A DNA stretch of 64,000 nucleotides from Candidatus Zambryskibacteria bacterium RIFCSPLOWO2_01_FULL_39_39 (GCA_001823925.1 MHWB01000004.1:22390-86389); one strand, 5' to 3'; numbered from the stretch's first letter, positions 9,426 through 20,252 are shown. Numbers and translations are program-made. The notes: generated from the sequence alone by a model not told the origin.

Positions 9426-11621
9426 TTATGGATTTCGGCCGGCTTTTATCTCGCTTATATAGTAATCCCCTTTTTCTTTAAAAGTGGGGTCTAACTTTAT
9501 AATTTCCTCCAAAGTTTGGATAGCTTCTTGTCTCCTACCAGCCTGAAGATATGCGGCCGTCAAGGTAATCCTGTGTTCTAGATTTCCCGGATCAAGCTTG
9601 ATCCTCTTTTTTGCCAGTTCAATTATTTCTGGAAATTGTTTGAGGGCAAGTAGAGCCGATATATATCTGTTGTCAAAAATAATTTTTGACTCTGGCACTT
9701 CCCCCAAAATCTCATCCGAGAGAGATCTGTTACCTCCCGCAAGTAAAACTAAACCGTAAACAAATCTGGCTTCTTCGTACGCTGGTTCAAGTTCATAAGC
9801 TGTCTTTATCACCTGCATAGCTTCTGTTGGTTTATTATCAGCCAAAAGATTGTTTGCTAGTTCAAAATATATTTGTTGTTTGTTTGGAGAAAGTTTTTTA
9901 GCTTCCTCTAGCTGTTCAATGGCTTTGCCATACCAACCAAACCTAGAAAGAAAAAGTCCATAAAAAAGTCGGTAACGAGCGTCGTTTGGCACTCTTTCTA
10001 GTTGTTTATTAAAAGCTTTATCCACTGTTTCAAACAATTTCTGCTTCAAGTCTTCCGGTGCGTTTGGATTTCCTGCCACAGCAATAGCTGTTTGAGAAAC
10101 ATGTTCTAAACTCTCCGAAAAGCCCATAGCATATGAAGAAAGCGGCCTCTGATAATCTTCAATAGTTCCTATTTTTCCTTCATTATTTAATTTTAAAACT
10201 GCCAAAAGATCTTTATTTTGTCTCCATGGTACATAAATAACAAAATATAAAATGGCTATTGTTAAAATAAGTATCCCCGCTTCTAAGATAGGTTTTGATT
10301 TTTCATTGAGAATTTTGTTTTTAATTTTTGCCGAAATTTTATCCCACCAAGAAGAGGCTAACACCGGTGTGTGGAAATGGATGTATGCAATGACTGTGAA
10401 AAATAATATGTAACTGCTTATTTGATCAAAAACAAAAAGATTGTTGAAAATATAAGCTGACAAAAGCCCAAGTATTACAGCTTTCTCTTCTTTCTTTAGT
10501 AGATCCTCTTTTGTTTTAAATATGTAATATAAAAGAGAAAAAAATATCGAGACATAAGAGAGAAATCCTAAAGCGCCACCCGCGATTAGCCACTCCAAAG
10601 GAGTACTGTGTGCCCTATCAAACCATGGCTCTTGATTATACATCCGCGGATCATAATATTTATTGAAGACAAAATTAAAACCTTCTTGTCCCCAACCGAG
10701 TATCGGCTTCTCCAAAAAGCCTTTCCACGCCATCGGCCAGACAAAATATCTGCCTTGAGTTTGGATTTCCGAGACAGAAAGAGAGGCAAAACGGCTAAGC
10801 ACCGGACTATTATTTACAAATGGAGTATTCTTCAAAGCAAAAAACAAGCCCATAAAAACAATAAGTCCAACGATGCCTACCCAAGCAATTTTCCTTATTT
10901 TATCACCCTTGCTTGATTTCAAAACTAAAAATATAAAAGTTATTAAGACCCCCCCCACCAAACCCAAGATAGCTCCTCTAGTAGCGGTAAAGTACAAAAC
11001 AATTAAATCCATAAGAGCGATTATTCCGAGCAAAATCTTCTGCCATTTTTCTTTAGACCTGACAAAGAGAAGCGAGGCAAAAAATATATGAAAAACCATA
11101 TAAATACCGAGATAAGAGGCGTTGCCGAGCGTGCCATCAACTCGGACACCACCCTGATTGATGGTTATCTTGCCTGCCAATTGGAAAAAGGAGTAAATAG
11201 CCATAATAGCGGAAGCGCCGAGACTGGTCGCTAAAAGTTTGTTCCACAATTCTTCCGTCTTTAAGACCGAACTCAAAATCATAAAATAAGCACCAAGATG
11301 TAAAAGAGTGATGAAACCCTCCATTCTTTCAAAGTTGCTCCAAAAAGCTTTAAATGAATTTTCTCCAAAAAAGTCGGCCACACCCAAAACTACCAAAAAC
11401 CCAAGTAGTGCGACAAATATCCAAGAAAATTTTGGTCTGTAGGATTCATCTCTCACGGCTAAAATAAGAAAACACCCAAAAATTATTTCAACTAAAATCC
11501 TAAAGACAAAAGCTTTACCAGTAATAAAAGGAAAGAAGAGTGAAGAACTGACAATAAGGGGTACAAACGGTATGGCAAAAAGCCCAGCCAATATAATGTA
11601 ACGAAGTTGATTGTTTGACAT
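9426..11621 (-). CDS. O-antigen ligase family (Wzy_C) membrane protein with C-terminal TPR repeats
   Basis: 731-aa ORF. The polytopic N-terminal region carries a TATRGAILGLVGG motif (Wzy_C-like). The C-terminal ~250 aa are TPR-like repeats. Confidence 0.6.
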   Translation of the reverse strand: MSNNQLRYIILAGLFAIPFVPLIVSSSLFFPFITGKAFVFRILVEIIFGCFLILAVRDESYRPKFSWIFVALLGFLVVLGVADFFGENSFKAFWSNFERMEGFITLLHLGAYFMILSSVLKTEELWNKLLATSLGASAIMAIYSFFQLAGKITINQGGVRVDGTLGNASYLGIYMVFHIFFASLLFVRSKEKWQKILLGIIALMDLIVLYFTATRGAILGLVGGVLITFIFLVLKSSKGDKIRKIAWVGIVGLIVFMGLFFALKNTPFVNNSPVLSRFASLSVSEIQTQGRYFVWPMAWKGFLEKPILGWGQEGFNFVFNKYYDPRMYNQEPWFDRAHSTPLEWLIAGGALGFLSYVSIFFSLLYYIFKTKEDLLKKEEKAVILGLLSAYIFNNLFVFDQISSYILFFTVIAYIHFHTPVLASSWWDKISAKIKNKILNEKSKPILEAGILILTIAILYFVIYVPWRQNKDLLAVLKLNNEGKIGTIEDYQRPLSSYAMGFSESLEHVSQTAIAVAGNPNAPEDLKQKLFETVDKAFNKQLERVPNDARYRLFYGLFLSRFGWYGKAIEQLEEAKKLSPNKQQIYFELANNLLADNKPTEAMQVIKTAYELEPAYEEARFVYGLVLLAGGNRSLSDEILGEVPESKIIFDNRYISALLALKQFPEIIELAKKRIKLDPGNLEHRITLTAAYLQAGRRQEAIQTLEEIIKLDPTFKEKGDYYISEIKAGRNP

Positions 11622-11699
11622 ACCCCCTATAATACTAAAAAAAACTCAAATATCAAATACTTTAAAAAAACCATTTTTTCTGTTATTATACTTCAGATT

Positions 11700-12518
11700 A
11701 TGGAAACAACTGTCATAAAACCTCGTAAGACTTTTAGCTTAAAAGACGTTAGAGAGCTCTGGCAATACAAGGAGCTTTTGTATTTCTTTAGTTGGAGAGA
11801 TTTAAAGGTAAGATATAAACAGACATCTATAGGTATAGCCTGGGCCATATTTCAACCTTTTATCACAATGGTAATTTTTTCTATATTTTTTGGCTCCCTT
11901 GCTAAAGTACCTTCTGATGGAGTCCCTTATCCTATTTTTGTTTACGTTGGTCTTTTATTTTGGCAATTTTTTTCAACTGCTCTTTCAGACACTAGCAACA
12001 CTTTAATAAGCAATCAATCTATTATTACAAAAGTCTACTTTCCAAGACTTATCTTGCCAATCTCCAGTGTTATGACAAAATTTGTAGATTTTTTGATTGC
12101 TACTTTAATACTGATCGGCCTTATGTTTTATTATGGATATATGCCACACCTTTCAGGACTTTTAATTTTACCATTATTACTTATTATTACTTTTATGGCC
12201 TCTACCGGGCTCGGACTTTTCCTAGCTTCTATAAATGTTAAGTACCGAGATGTCAGATACGCTCTACCTTTTTTTGTTCAGATCATGCTATTTCTGACCC
12301 CAGTTATTTATCCCGCCAGTATTGCTGGCAAATACTCTTACCTCTTGGCACTCAACCCAATGACGGGAGTTATCCAAAGTGCCCGAGCCGCAATACTTGG
12401 TGCCACACCAATCAATTGGTTGCTTATAATCATTTCACTTGTGGTTACATTTATACTTATGATATTTGGAATATACATCTTTAAAAAAACCGAGAGATAT
12501 TTCGCTGACATAATTTAA
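11700..12518 (+). CDS. wzm: ABC-2 type polysaccharide export permease (Wzm/KpsM/TagG-like)
   Basis: 272-aa ORF with the N-terminal RDLKVRYKQTSIGIAWAIFQP signature of ABC-2 transport permeases and 6 TM segments. Confidence 0.8.
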   Translation: METTVIKPRKTFSLKDVRELWQYKELLYFFSWRDLKVRYKQTSIGIAWAIFQPFITMVIFSIFFGSLAKVPSDGVPYPIFVYVGLLFWQFFSTALSDTSNTLISNQSIITKVYFPRLILPISSVMTKFVDFLIATLILIGLMFYYGYMPHLSGLLILPLLLIITFMASTGLGLFLASINVKYRDVRYALPFFVQIMLFLTPVIYPASIAGKYSYLLALNPMTGVIQSARAAILGATPINWLLIIISLVVTFILMIFGIYIFKKTERYFADII

Positions 12519-12522
12519 ATTT

Positions 12523-13794
12523 ATGAATTCTTCGAAACCAATTATTGAGGTAAAAAATATAGGAAAGAAGTATAATATCACCCATCAGAAAGGTAGTTAT
12601 ATTGCCCTACGTGATGTTTTGATGAATGTAATAAAATCTCCTTTTTCATTTTTAAAAACAAAAGTTAAACAAGTAGCCGGCTTTGAAAAGAAAGAGGATT
12701 TTTGGGCACTCAAAGATGTTAGTTTTGATGTTAAAAAAGGCGAAGTAGTGGGTATTATAGGAGCTAATGGCGCCGGCAAATCAACTTTGCTTAAAATACT
12801 CTCTCAAATCACTCCACCTACGACGGGTGAAATAATTTTACGAGGCAGAGTTGGTTCCCTTTTGGAAGTTGGCACTGGTTTTCACCCAGAACTAACTGGC
12901 AGAGAAAATATTTTCCTCAATGGCGCTATCTTGGGAATGAAGAAAAAGGAGATCGCAAAAAAGTTTGACGAGATAGTAGAATTTGCGGATATAGGAAAAT
13001 TTTTAGATACCCCGGTCAAATATTATTCAAGTGGTATGTATGTTCGTTTGGCCTTCTCTGTCGCGGCACATATGGAACCAGATATTTTAATCATTGACGA
13101 AGTCCTAGCCGTTGGTGATGCTGAATTTCAAAAGAAATGTTTAGGCAAAATGGAAGAAATAACAAAAGGAGAAGGCCGGACTATTTTGTTTGTTAGCCAT
13201 AACTTAGAGGCTATAGAGCGTTTATGCGACCAATGTATTCTTCTTCGTAATGGAGAAATCATAAAGAGTGGCAGAGCAGGAGAGGTTATAAATCATTACC
13301 TGAATAACGAAAGAAATTTGAGCTCAGTAATAGAATACACTTCCAAACCAAATACTGAGGCTCAAATAACCAAGATATCGATTCTTGATAAAAATAAAAA
13401 ACCAAGTGCTCAGTTACCGATTAATGATGAATTCTTTATCGCTATAGAGTATGGAGTTTTTCGAGAAATGAAAAAAGCTACCCTCTGTATAAGTATATTT
13501 TCTGAAGGAAATATGTTGTTAAATTCATCCGCAGCCGACAAAGAAGCAAAACTAGAAAATTATTCACCTGGAAAATACGCTTCCATCATCACTATTCCGC
13601 CATCTCTGTTTAATGTCGGCTATTACTATTTAAACATTTCTTTGCAAAAACCATTTATAGAACATATTGATACAAAAGAAAATATTCTATTCGAAATTTT
13701 AAATGTTAATAATCCAAGATCAGAAATTTTTAATAATCAGATCTTGGGAAAAATTGCTATACCTTTAAATTACGATACCAAAAGATTGACTTAG
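12523..13794 (+). CDS. wzt: Polysaccharide ABC transporter ATP-binding protein (Wzt/TagH-like) with C-terminal substrate-binding domain
   Basis: Walker A (GANGAGKST), ABC signature (YSSGM) and Walker B (ILIIDE). It has a ~170-aa C-terminal extension as in Wzt. Confidence 0.8.
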   Translation: MNSSKPIIEVKNIGKKYNITHQKGSYIALRDVLMNVIKSPFSFLKTKVKQVAGFEKKEDFWALKDVSFDVKKGEVVGIIGANGAGKSTLLKILSQITPPTTGEIILRGRVGSLLEVGTGFHPELTGRENIFLNGAILGMKKKEIAKKFDEIVEFADIGKFLDTPVKYYSSGMYVRLAFSVAAHMEPDILIIDEVLAVGDAEFQKKCLGKMEEITKGEGRTILFVSHNLEAIERLCDQCILLRNGEIIKSGRAGEVINHYLNNERNLSSVIEYTSKPNTEAQITKISILDKNKKPSAQLPINDEFFIAIEYGVFREMKKATLCISIFSEGNMLLNSSAADKEAKLENYSPGKYASIITIPPSLFNVGYYYLNISLQKPFIEHIDTKENILFEILNVNNPRSEIFNNQILGKIAIPLNYDTKRLT

Positions 13795-13798
13795 ATTT

Positions 13799-14521
13799 AT
13801 GCATAAAAAATTAAAAGAAGATTTAAAATACTTTGTTAGAAAATATTTCGGCTATGATTTAAGATCACTTAAGGTAAAGCTGGGAGAAGATTTTTTGGAT
13901 CAGAAGAAAATTCTGGAAAACAAACAAGTAAAAATTGTTTTCGATATCGGGGCCAATGTTGGTCAAACGACCCTGAAATATAAAAAAATGTTCCCAAAAT
14001 CTCAGATATACGGTTTTGAACCCTTTCTGGATGTTTTTAAAAAATATACAGATTTTTACAAAGGAGACAAAAGAGTATTTGCCGTAAATAAAGCGTTCTC
14101 AAACAAAAACGGAAATGCAACTTTCTTCGTCAACAATAATAGCTATACAAATTCTCTTTTACCTATTAATACTGGTTTTATGGAGGGCTTCCGAACTGTG
14201 AAAGAAATTAGCGTAGAAACTGAGACTATCGATTCATTCTGTAAAAGAAACAATGTACAATATATTGATATATTAAAACTTGATGTGCAAGGAGGAGAAC
14301 TTTTGGTTTTGGAGGGGGCGAAAGAAATGTTGACCGAAGAAGCTATCGGCCTTATTTATACTGAAGTTGAATTTGTAGAAGTTTATAAGAGTCAACCACT
14401 TTTTGGAGATATTCAAAATTTTTTGGAACAATATGGTTACAAACTATATAAAAAATACATAGTAGACAATAATGAAAATGGTGAACCGATTGCTGGAGAT
14501 GCAATCTTTTTAAAGTTATGA
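13799..14521 (+). CDS. FkbM-family methyltransferase
   Basis: VFDIGANVGQTT SAM-binding motif and the LKLDVQGGEL C-terminal motif typical of FkbM proteins. Confidence 0.7.
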   Translation: MHKKLKEDLKYFVRKYFGYDLRSLKVKLGEDFLDQKKILENKQVKIVFDIGANVGQTTLKYKKMFPKSQIYGFEPFLDVFKKYTDFYKGDKRVFAVNKAFSNKNGNATFFVNNNSYTNSLLPINTGFMEGFRTVKEISVETETIDSFCKRNNVQYIDILKLDVQGGELLVLEGAKEMLTEEAIGLIYTEVEFVEVYKSQPLFGDIQNFLEQYGYKLYKKYIVDNNENGEPIAGDAIFLKL

Positions 14522-15498
14522 TCAAAATTAAATTAAGCACCCATAACTATTCCCATTCCATCAGGGCAGAGATGTTATCTCACACTCCAAACAACTCCGG
14601 TAAATGGGGAAATTTTCAATTCTTTATAAACGAACACGTAAGCGAATGTGATTACTGGGTAGTAGTGGATTGTCTGCCAGAAAAAGAATCTGCACTGTGT
14701 CCGAAAAATAATCTTATCTTTATTACCTGCGAACCAAGCGCTATAAAAAAGTACAATCAAAAATTTCTGAGCCAGTTTTCCAAAATTATTACCAGTCAGC
14801 GCAATATAAAGCACCCCGCGGTCTATCACATGCCTTCAGGCCACGAATGGTGGCCAAAGAAAAGTTTTGACGAGTTATACGGACACGACAAAGTAGAAAA
14901 AACCAAATTGATTTCAATCGTCGCCTCCAATAAGATTTACACACCCGGACACAAGAAAAGATTGGAGTTTTGCCTTAATCTTAAAAATTATTTTGGAGAC
15001 AAGATAGATATGTTTGGTAGAGGCACTAGAGCCTTTGAGGATAAATGGGATGTGCTCGCCCCATACAAGTATTCAATTGCGATTGAAAACAGTACTGAAC
15101 CTGATTATATATCGGAAAAATTTACCGATTGTTTCGTCTGCCTAACCTTTCCATTCTACTACGGTTGTCCAAATGTCCACGACTATTATGACGAAAATTC
15201 CTATCAAACTATAGATATTGGTGATTTTAAAAAATCGTGCGATATGATAGAAAAGATTGTGGACGACAAAGATCATTACAATAGACATCTTCAGAACCTA
15301 ATCGCGACAAAAAACAAATATCTTACCCAGCGTCTTATAATGCCACTTATTGCAGATTTTATAAAAAAAGAATATAGTGCTGTTGCAGGCAGTCTTAAAG
15401 AAAGAATCACCATAAGACCCGAGAGAGAATTCCAAAAAATTATGTATGCAATTAGCGATATAAAAAAATTCTTAATAAAAATTAAGACAAAAATATGA
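14518..15498 (+). CDS. GT10-like glycosyltransferase (alpha-1,3-fucosyltransferase-like)
   Basis: YKYSIAIENSTEPDYISEKF matches the GT10 signature Y-x-F-x-L-x-FENS-x(3-4)-Y-x-TEK. It overlaps its neighbours, indicating an operon. Confidence 0.45.
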   Translation: MIKIKLSTHNYSHSIRAEMLSHTPNNSGKWGNFQFFINEHVSECDYWVVVDCLPEKESALCPKNNLIFITCEPSAIKKYNQKFLSQFSKIITSQRNIKHPAVYHMPSGHEWWPKKSFDELYGHDKVEKTKLISIVASNKIYTPGHKKRLEFCLNLKNYFGDKIDMFGRGTRAFEDKWDVLAPYKYSIAIENSTEPDYISEKFTDCFVCLTFPFYYGCPNVHDYYDENSYQTIDIGDFKKSCDMIEKIVDDKDHYNRHLQNLIATKNKYLTQRLIMPLIADFIKKEYSAVAGSLKERITIRPEREFQKIMYAISDIKKFLIKIKTKI

Positions 15499-16268
15499 AA
15501 GTGGTTATATTATGTGGCGGACTTGGAACTCGTCTAAAAGAAGAAACCGAATTTAGACCAAAACCCATGGTGTACATAGGCGACAAGCCGATTCTGTGGC
15601 ACATCATGAAAACTTACGCCCATTATGGGTTCAATGATTTTATTTTAGCACTTGGCTACAAGGGGGGTATGATTAAGGACTACTTTCATAACTACGAGCT
15701 TATGAATAGCGACATGACCATTGAATTGGGCAACCCAGAAAACAAGATTGTGCATCAAAATCACGATGAGATTGGTTGGCACATCACCCTTGCGGATACC
15801 GGCCAATATACACTTAAGGGGGCGAGACTAAAAAAACTGGAGAAATATGTGGACGGAGATGAGTTTATGATGACTTACGGTGATGGGGTTGGAGACATAA
15901 ACATTCCCGCCCTTTTGAAATTCCATAAAAGTCACGGAAAAACTGCAACAGTAACGGGAGTTATCCCAGTATCACAATATGGAAAACTATCGGTACAAAA
16001 AGACAACGTCGCTATTTTTGCCGAAAAGCCCATGTCCGATTCTTTTGTGAGTGGTGGTTTTTTTGTTTTTAATAGAGATATTTTTAAGCATCTTCGCGAT
16101 GACGATAGTTGTGATTTGGAACGCGGAACACTGGAGAAACTCTCCCAAAGAGAGCAGGTCAAAGTCTATAAACACAAAGGCTTTTGGGCTTCTATGGACA
16201 ATATAAGAGATATGGAATACCTTAATCGGCTGTGGAATGAAAAAAGAGCCAAATGGAAAATCTGGTAA
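15495..16268 (+). CDS. rfbF: Glucose-1-phosphate cytidylyltransferase
   Basis: MKVVILCGGLGTRLKEETEFRPKPMVYIGDKPILWHIM and overall length (257 aa) match RfbF/DdhA. Confidence 0.85.
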   Translation: MKVVILCGGLGTRLKEETEFRPKPMVYIGDKPILWHIMKTYAHYGFNDFILALGYKGGMIKDYFHNYELMNSDMTIELGNPENKIVHQNHDEIGWHITLADTGQYTLKGARLKKLEKYVDGDEFMMTYGDGVGDINIPALLKFHKSHGKTATVTGVIPVSQYGKLSVQKDNVAIFAEKPMSDSFVSGGFFVFNRDIFKHLRDDDSCDLERGTLEKLSQREQVKVYKHKGFWASMDNIRDMEYLNRLWNEKRAKWKIW

Positions 16269-17344
16269 AAAAATTTAAAAATAAAAAAGTTTTGATTACC
16301 GGACATACCGGTTTTAAGGGGGCATGGCTTTCAAAGATACTATTGAATTGGGGCGCTGAGGTATCTGGGATTGCCCTAGAACCTGTCGCTGGCCACAACA
16401 TGTTTGAGGCTCTCAAAATTAAAAAAGATATTAGTAATCATTTTTTAGATATCCGAGATTTTATCAAACTCAAAAAAGCGGTCGCTAAAGAAAAGCCAGA
16501 GATCGTGTTCCACCTAGCGGCCCAACCGATAGTTCGAGAGAGTTACAATAATCCTTTATATACCTTTAACTCAAATGTTATGGGTACCGCAAACCTACTT
16601 GAGGCGATACGAGAAACTAGTTCGGCAAAAAGCGTAGTTATAATCACAACCGACAAAGTTTATAAAAATAACGATTCCGGTAACCCCTTCAAAGAAGAAG
16701 ACCATCTGGGGGGTCACGATCCTTATAGTGGAAGCAAAGCGGCGGCGGAGATAGTAGTTGATTCCTATACTAAATCTTTTTTTAATCCCGCAGATTATAA
16801 AAAGAAGCACGGCACGCTTATAGCTTCGGCACGAGCCGGCAACGTTATCGGCGGCGGAGATTGGGGCACCGACCGTTTGATACCAGATTTGGTTAAGGGT
16901 ATTTTTGGTAATAAAGATGTGACCATCAGAAATCCAGAAGGGGTCAGGCCATGGCAACACGTGCTTGACGCTCTATCCGGATACCTTCTGCTTGCCGCAG
17001 AGCTTCATGGTGGTAAAAAAGAATATTGTGGCGGTTGGAACTTTGGGCCTGATGAAAAAAGTTTTTTAACGGTTAAAGAAGTGCTCGAGATGGCCTTGAA
17101 GATTTTGGGACGTGGCAGTTATATAGTTAAAAGAAATCCAAACGACCAGCATGAAGCTAAATTATTGAGATTAAATTCAGACAGAGCTAAAATGAAATTG
17201 GGTTGGCACCAAAAAATGAATACCGCCAAAACACTACAATCGACTTTTGAGTGGTATAAAAGTTTTTATAACAAAGAAGATGTTATTGCTATCACCAATA
17301 AGCAGATAAAATTATTCTTTAATAAAGGAAAAAATGAAAATTAA
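16253..17344 (+). CDS. rfbG: CDP-glucose 4,6-dehydratase
   Basis: 363-aa SDR-extended protein with VLITGHTGFKGAWL, and YxxxK within YSGSKAAAE, as in RfbG/DdhB. Confidence 0.8.
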   Translation: MENLVKKFKNKKVLITGHTGFKGAWLSKILLNWGAEVSGIALEPVAGHNMFEALKIKKDISNHFLDIRDFIKLKKAVAKEKPEIVFHLAAQPIVRESYNNPLYTFNSNVMGTANLLEAIRETSSAKSVVIITTDKVYKNNDSGNPFKEEDHLGGHDPYSGSKAAAEIVVDSYTKSFFNPADYKKKHGTLIASARAGNVIGGGDWGTDRLIPDLVKGIFGNKDVTIRNPEGVRPWQHVLDALSGYLLLAAELHGGKKEYCGGWNFGPDEKSFLTVKEVLEMALKILGRGSYIVKRNPNDQHEAKLLRLNSDRAKMKLGWHQKMNTAKTLQSTFEWYKSFYNKEDVIAITNKQIKLFFNKGKNEN

Positions 17345-17864
17345 TAAAACAAAAATTGAGGGAGTCTACACTATTGAGCTCGAATTAAGAGTTGATGAGA
17401 GAGGCTATTTTACAAGAAATTTCTGTCAGAAAGAATTGGCTGAAATGGGTATTGATTATAATATAGCCCAGATAAACCGTTCATTTACTAAAAAAGCCGG
17501 CACCATAAGAGGTATGCATTTTCAAAAGCCACCCAAAGAAGAGTCCAAAATTTTCCAGTGCCTGCAGGGAGCGATATTTTATGTAGCGATAGATTTACGC
17601 GAAAATTCAGAAACTTTTGGTAGATGGATCGGTGAAGAGTTGGGCGCAGAAAATAAAAAAATGATACTGGTACCTAAAGGATTCGGCAGTGGTTTTCAGG
17701 CACTAACCAATAATTGCGAAGTGCAGTATGCCGTCTCCGAATTTTATTCTCCGGAATACGAAAGTGGTGTGAGGTTTGATGACCCGTTTTTTGCGATCAA
17801 ATGGCCATTACCAGTAGCCTTTGTTTCGGATAAAGATAAAAATTGGCCATTGACCAAAAATTAA
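17334..17864 (+). CDS. NDP-4-keto-6-deoxyhexose 3,5-epimerase-like cupin (RmlC family)
   Basis: 176 aa with RmlC-like motifs (ERGYFTRNF, IRGMHFQ, VPKGFGSGFQ). It follows rfbF/rfbG, so it may act on a CDP-sugar. Confidence 0.65.
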   Translation: MKINKTKIEGVYTIELELRVDERGYFTRNFCQKELAEMGIDYNIAQINRSFTKKAGTIRGMHFQKPPKEESKIFQCLQGAIFYVAIDLRENSETFGRWIGEELGAENKKMILVPKGFGSGFQALTNNCEVQYAVSEFYSPEYESGVRFDDPFFAIKWPLPVAFVSDKDKNWPLTKN

Positions 17865-17869
17865 AAGTG

Positions 17870-18919
17870 ATGAGAAATACAAGAAAAAAAACAAGCCTAC
17901 CTCTTGTGAGTATTTGTATTCCAAATTATAACAATGCTCGTTATCTCAACGCCTGCATCAATAGTGCCATAAATCAAACCTATGGCAATGTGGAAATAAT
18001 TTTTGTTGATGATAATTCTTCGGATACTTCTTTAAATATTGCAAAAAAGTATGCCGGCAAAATAAAAATATTAAAAAATGAATCAAATATCGGCCAGCCC
18101 CAAAACACCAATAAATGCGTTGGATTAAGCCGAGGTAAATACATTGTGATTCTTCACAGCGATGACATGCTTTTACCGGATTTTGCCGAGAAGCTAGTGC
18201 CTTTACTTGAAAAGAATCCGAGCGTTGGCATGGCCGTTGGCGAAAGGATTCTGACCGATGAAAAAAACAAGTTAAGGAAAATTGCCCCATTTTATGATGG
18301 GGACTATCTCATACCTGGTATAAAACAAGCTAAAGTGTTCATGATGGCTTCATTTTTACCCTGCCAGGTGCTGTTGCAACGAGACATATTTTTAAAAATT
18401 GGAGGCACAGATAGCAGACATATTGTAAATCTCGACGGCTTGTTATGGTTTAAGTGCTCTCTGGAAGGAGACATAGCTTACACGCAAGAGGCAGTCTCTA
18501 TCTACCGGATACACTCCAAGCAGACAACTGCTCAATATAATCGCACCATAAACCACATGATGGAGAATTACATCACCTTGACCGAAATGTTTAGGCTTGG
18601 GAAAAAATATGCCTACCTTAGAAAATTTTTTAATGAAGCGGTGAAGAGAGTGGCGGTCATAACATTGCGCTATTGTACTGATGTTATAAGAGATAAAAAC
18701 TACGATCTCGCTAAAAAATATTTGACTCTTGCCACTGTTTTCGACTCTAAAATTATTGAGAATCATGATTATAAGGTAATAGAAAAATGCTTACGCGCTC
18801 CAGGTATAAAACGAGACCAAATGATTAAAAAGTTTATAAGTAAAGACAAACTTAGAGATAGAGGATTTAGCTATAGCCCACCTAGAGGAAGTGTTCGCAT
18901 TGACAAGAGCCTAAAATGA
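17870..18919 (+). CDS. GT2 family glycosyltransferase
   Basis: VSICIPNYNNARYLNACINSAINQTY...VDDNSSD: GT-A fold with DxD. The ORF track starts at 17843; I prefer the ATG at 17870. Confidence 0.7.
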   Translation: MRNTRKKTSLPLVSICIPNYNNARYLNACINSAINQTYGNVEIIFVDDNSSDTSLNIAKKYAGKIKILKNESNIGQPQNTNKCVGLSRGKYIVILHSDDMLLPDFAEKLVPLLEKNPSVGMAVGERILTDEKNKLRKIAPFYDGDYLIPGIKQAKVFMMASFLPCQVLLQRDIFLKIGGTDSRHIVNLDGLLWFKCSLEGDIAYTQEAVSIYRIHSKQTTAQYNRTINHMMENYITLTEMFRLGKKYAYLRKFFNEAVKRVAVITLRYCTDVIRDKNYDLAKKYLTLATVFDSKIIENHDYKVIEKCLRAPGIKRDQMIKKFISKDKLRDRGFSYSPPRGSVRIDKSLK

Positions 18920-18959
18920 GTTACTCTGTATTTGGATAGTATTTTTGAAAAGGGGAGAA

Positions 18960-20252
18960 ATGAAAACCAACTTGGTTACCGATCTGATTGGGAGCAAAAA
19001 AATCATTATCTATGGTGCTGGGAGGATAGGAAAGCAAGTTCTCCTCGCACTTCGACCTTGTGGACGCACACCAGAATTCTTCTGGGATAAGAATGCCGCC
19101 ACCATTGGCGCGTCCATCGATGATGTTAGTATATTTGAGCCAAACTTTGACTTCATTCCTCAAAACCTAAGGAACGAATACTCCGTGATCATCACAGTGG
19201 CAGCCAAAGATGTCGGACGCCGGATCGGCAACGATTTGGCGAGTCTCGACTACAACGTCATCTACGATAGAGAGACGATCAACACCTTTATCTACAAAAC
19301 ATGCGAAGTGGCTGTTGCAGATGGAACTTTCGTTTTCAACTTGGAAACTTGTCGTACGTGCCCAGTTCCAACAACCGACGGACAGGCTTCCTGCGACATC
19401 TTCAACGGATATCTAGTAAATCTAGCCGGAGGGGCAGAGAGTACTCAAACCAAAGCGGAAAAACTTATCATCCCAAGACTCGGACTCTTGATAGGCAACA
19501 AATGCAACCTGTGTTGCAATGGGTGCAACCACCTAGTTGATCTCTACAAGCCCGGCGAGGCTCAATTCTTGAAGACCTCCGACCTTCTCTACGACATCGC
19601 AAGAGTCTCGAAAGAAGCAGACCTCATTAATAAAGTGGTGGTCGTCGGAGGAGAGGCTTTCCTTCACCCAGATCTACAAGAGATTCTGAGAAGGCTTCTT
19701 GATCTGCCGAAAATAGGATTCGTTCAGATCATAACCAACGGAGCAGTCAAACCAAAAGATCCCAGCCTATTTAAGTTGTTGGGAAACGAGAGGATTATCG
19801 TCGAGATTAGTGGCTATGGTAGTGAACTCTCGGCCCGATTAAGTCAGAGCGTACAGGAATTCCAAGCCCAGCTTAGAGAATACAACGTCTCTCACCATTA
19901 TTTGGGAACACTTCAGTGGTTTGATTTTGGCAATTTCTCAAAGAGGCCTTACTCCGAAGCGGAGCACAAGCGAGTCTACGAAACATGTTGTTCCGTTTCG
20001 AACGACATCTGGGACGGAAGACTCTACAAGTGTAGTCGTAGCGCAATCGGAACACACTTAGGTCATCTTCCAGATTTCCATGGCGATTACGTCGACCTGC
20101 GACAACATTCGGGCGCGGAGTTGAGACAGAAGTTAATCCAGTTCTTTGAGAACAAAGGGCCAGAAGCGTGTCTGCACTGCAACGGGGCTTCGTCTACCTC
20201 TGTAATTGAAGCAGGTAAACAAGTCCCCAGATTTCAGATTCACCAGCAATGA
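18960..20252 (+). CDS. Radical SAM protein with N-terminal Rossmann-like domain and C-terminal Cys-rich auxiliary region
   Basis: ~50% GC. CNLCCNGC = CxxxCxxC, GGEAFLHPD and IITNG motifs. N-terminal IIIYGAGRIG glycine loop. The C-terminal Cys cluster (CCSVSND...CSRS...CLHCNG) is SPASM/twitch-like. The GGGGAG SD 4 nt upstream supports the ATG at 18960 over the TTG at 18945. Confidence 0.65.
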   Translation: MKTNLVTDLIGSKKIIIYGAGRIGKQVLLALRPCGRTPEFFWDKNAATIGASIDDVSIFEPNFDFIPQNLRNEYSVIITVAAKDVGRRIGNDLASLDYNVIYDRETINTFIYKTCEVAVADGTFVFNLETCRTCPVPTTDGQASCDIFNGYLVNLAGGAESTQTKAEKLIIPRLGLLIGNKCNLCCNGCNHLVDLYKPGEAQFLKTSDLLYDIARVSKEADLINKVVVVGGEAFLHPDLQEILRRLLDLPKIGFVQIITNGAVKPKDPSLFKLLGNERIIVEISGYGSELSARLSQSVQEFQAQLREYNVSHHYLGTLQWFDFGNFSKRPYSEAEHKRVYETCCSVSNDIWDGRLYKCSRSAIGTHLGHLPDFHGDYVDLRQHSGAELRQKLIQFFENKGPEACLHCNGASSTSVIEAGKQVPRFQIHQQ

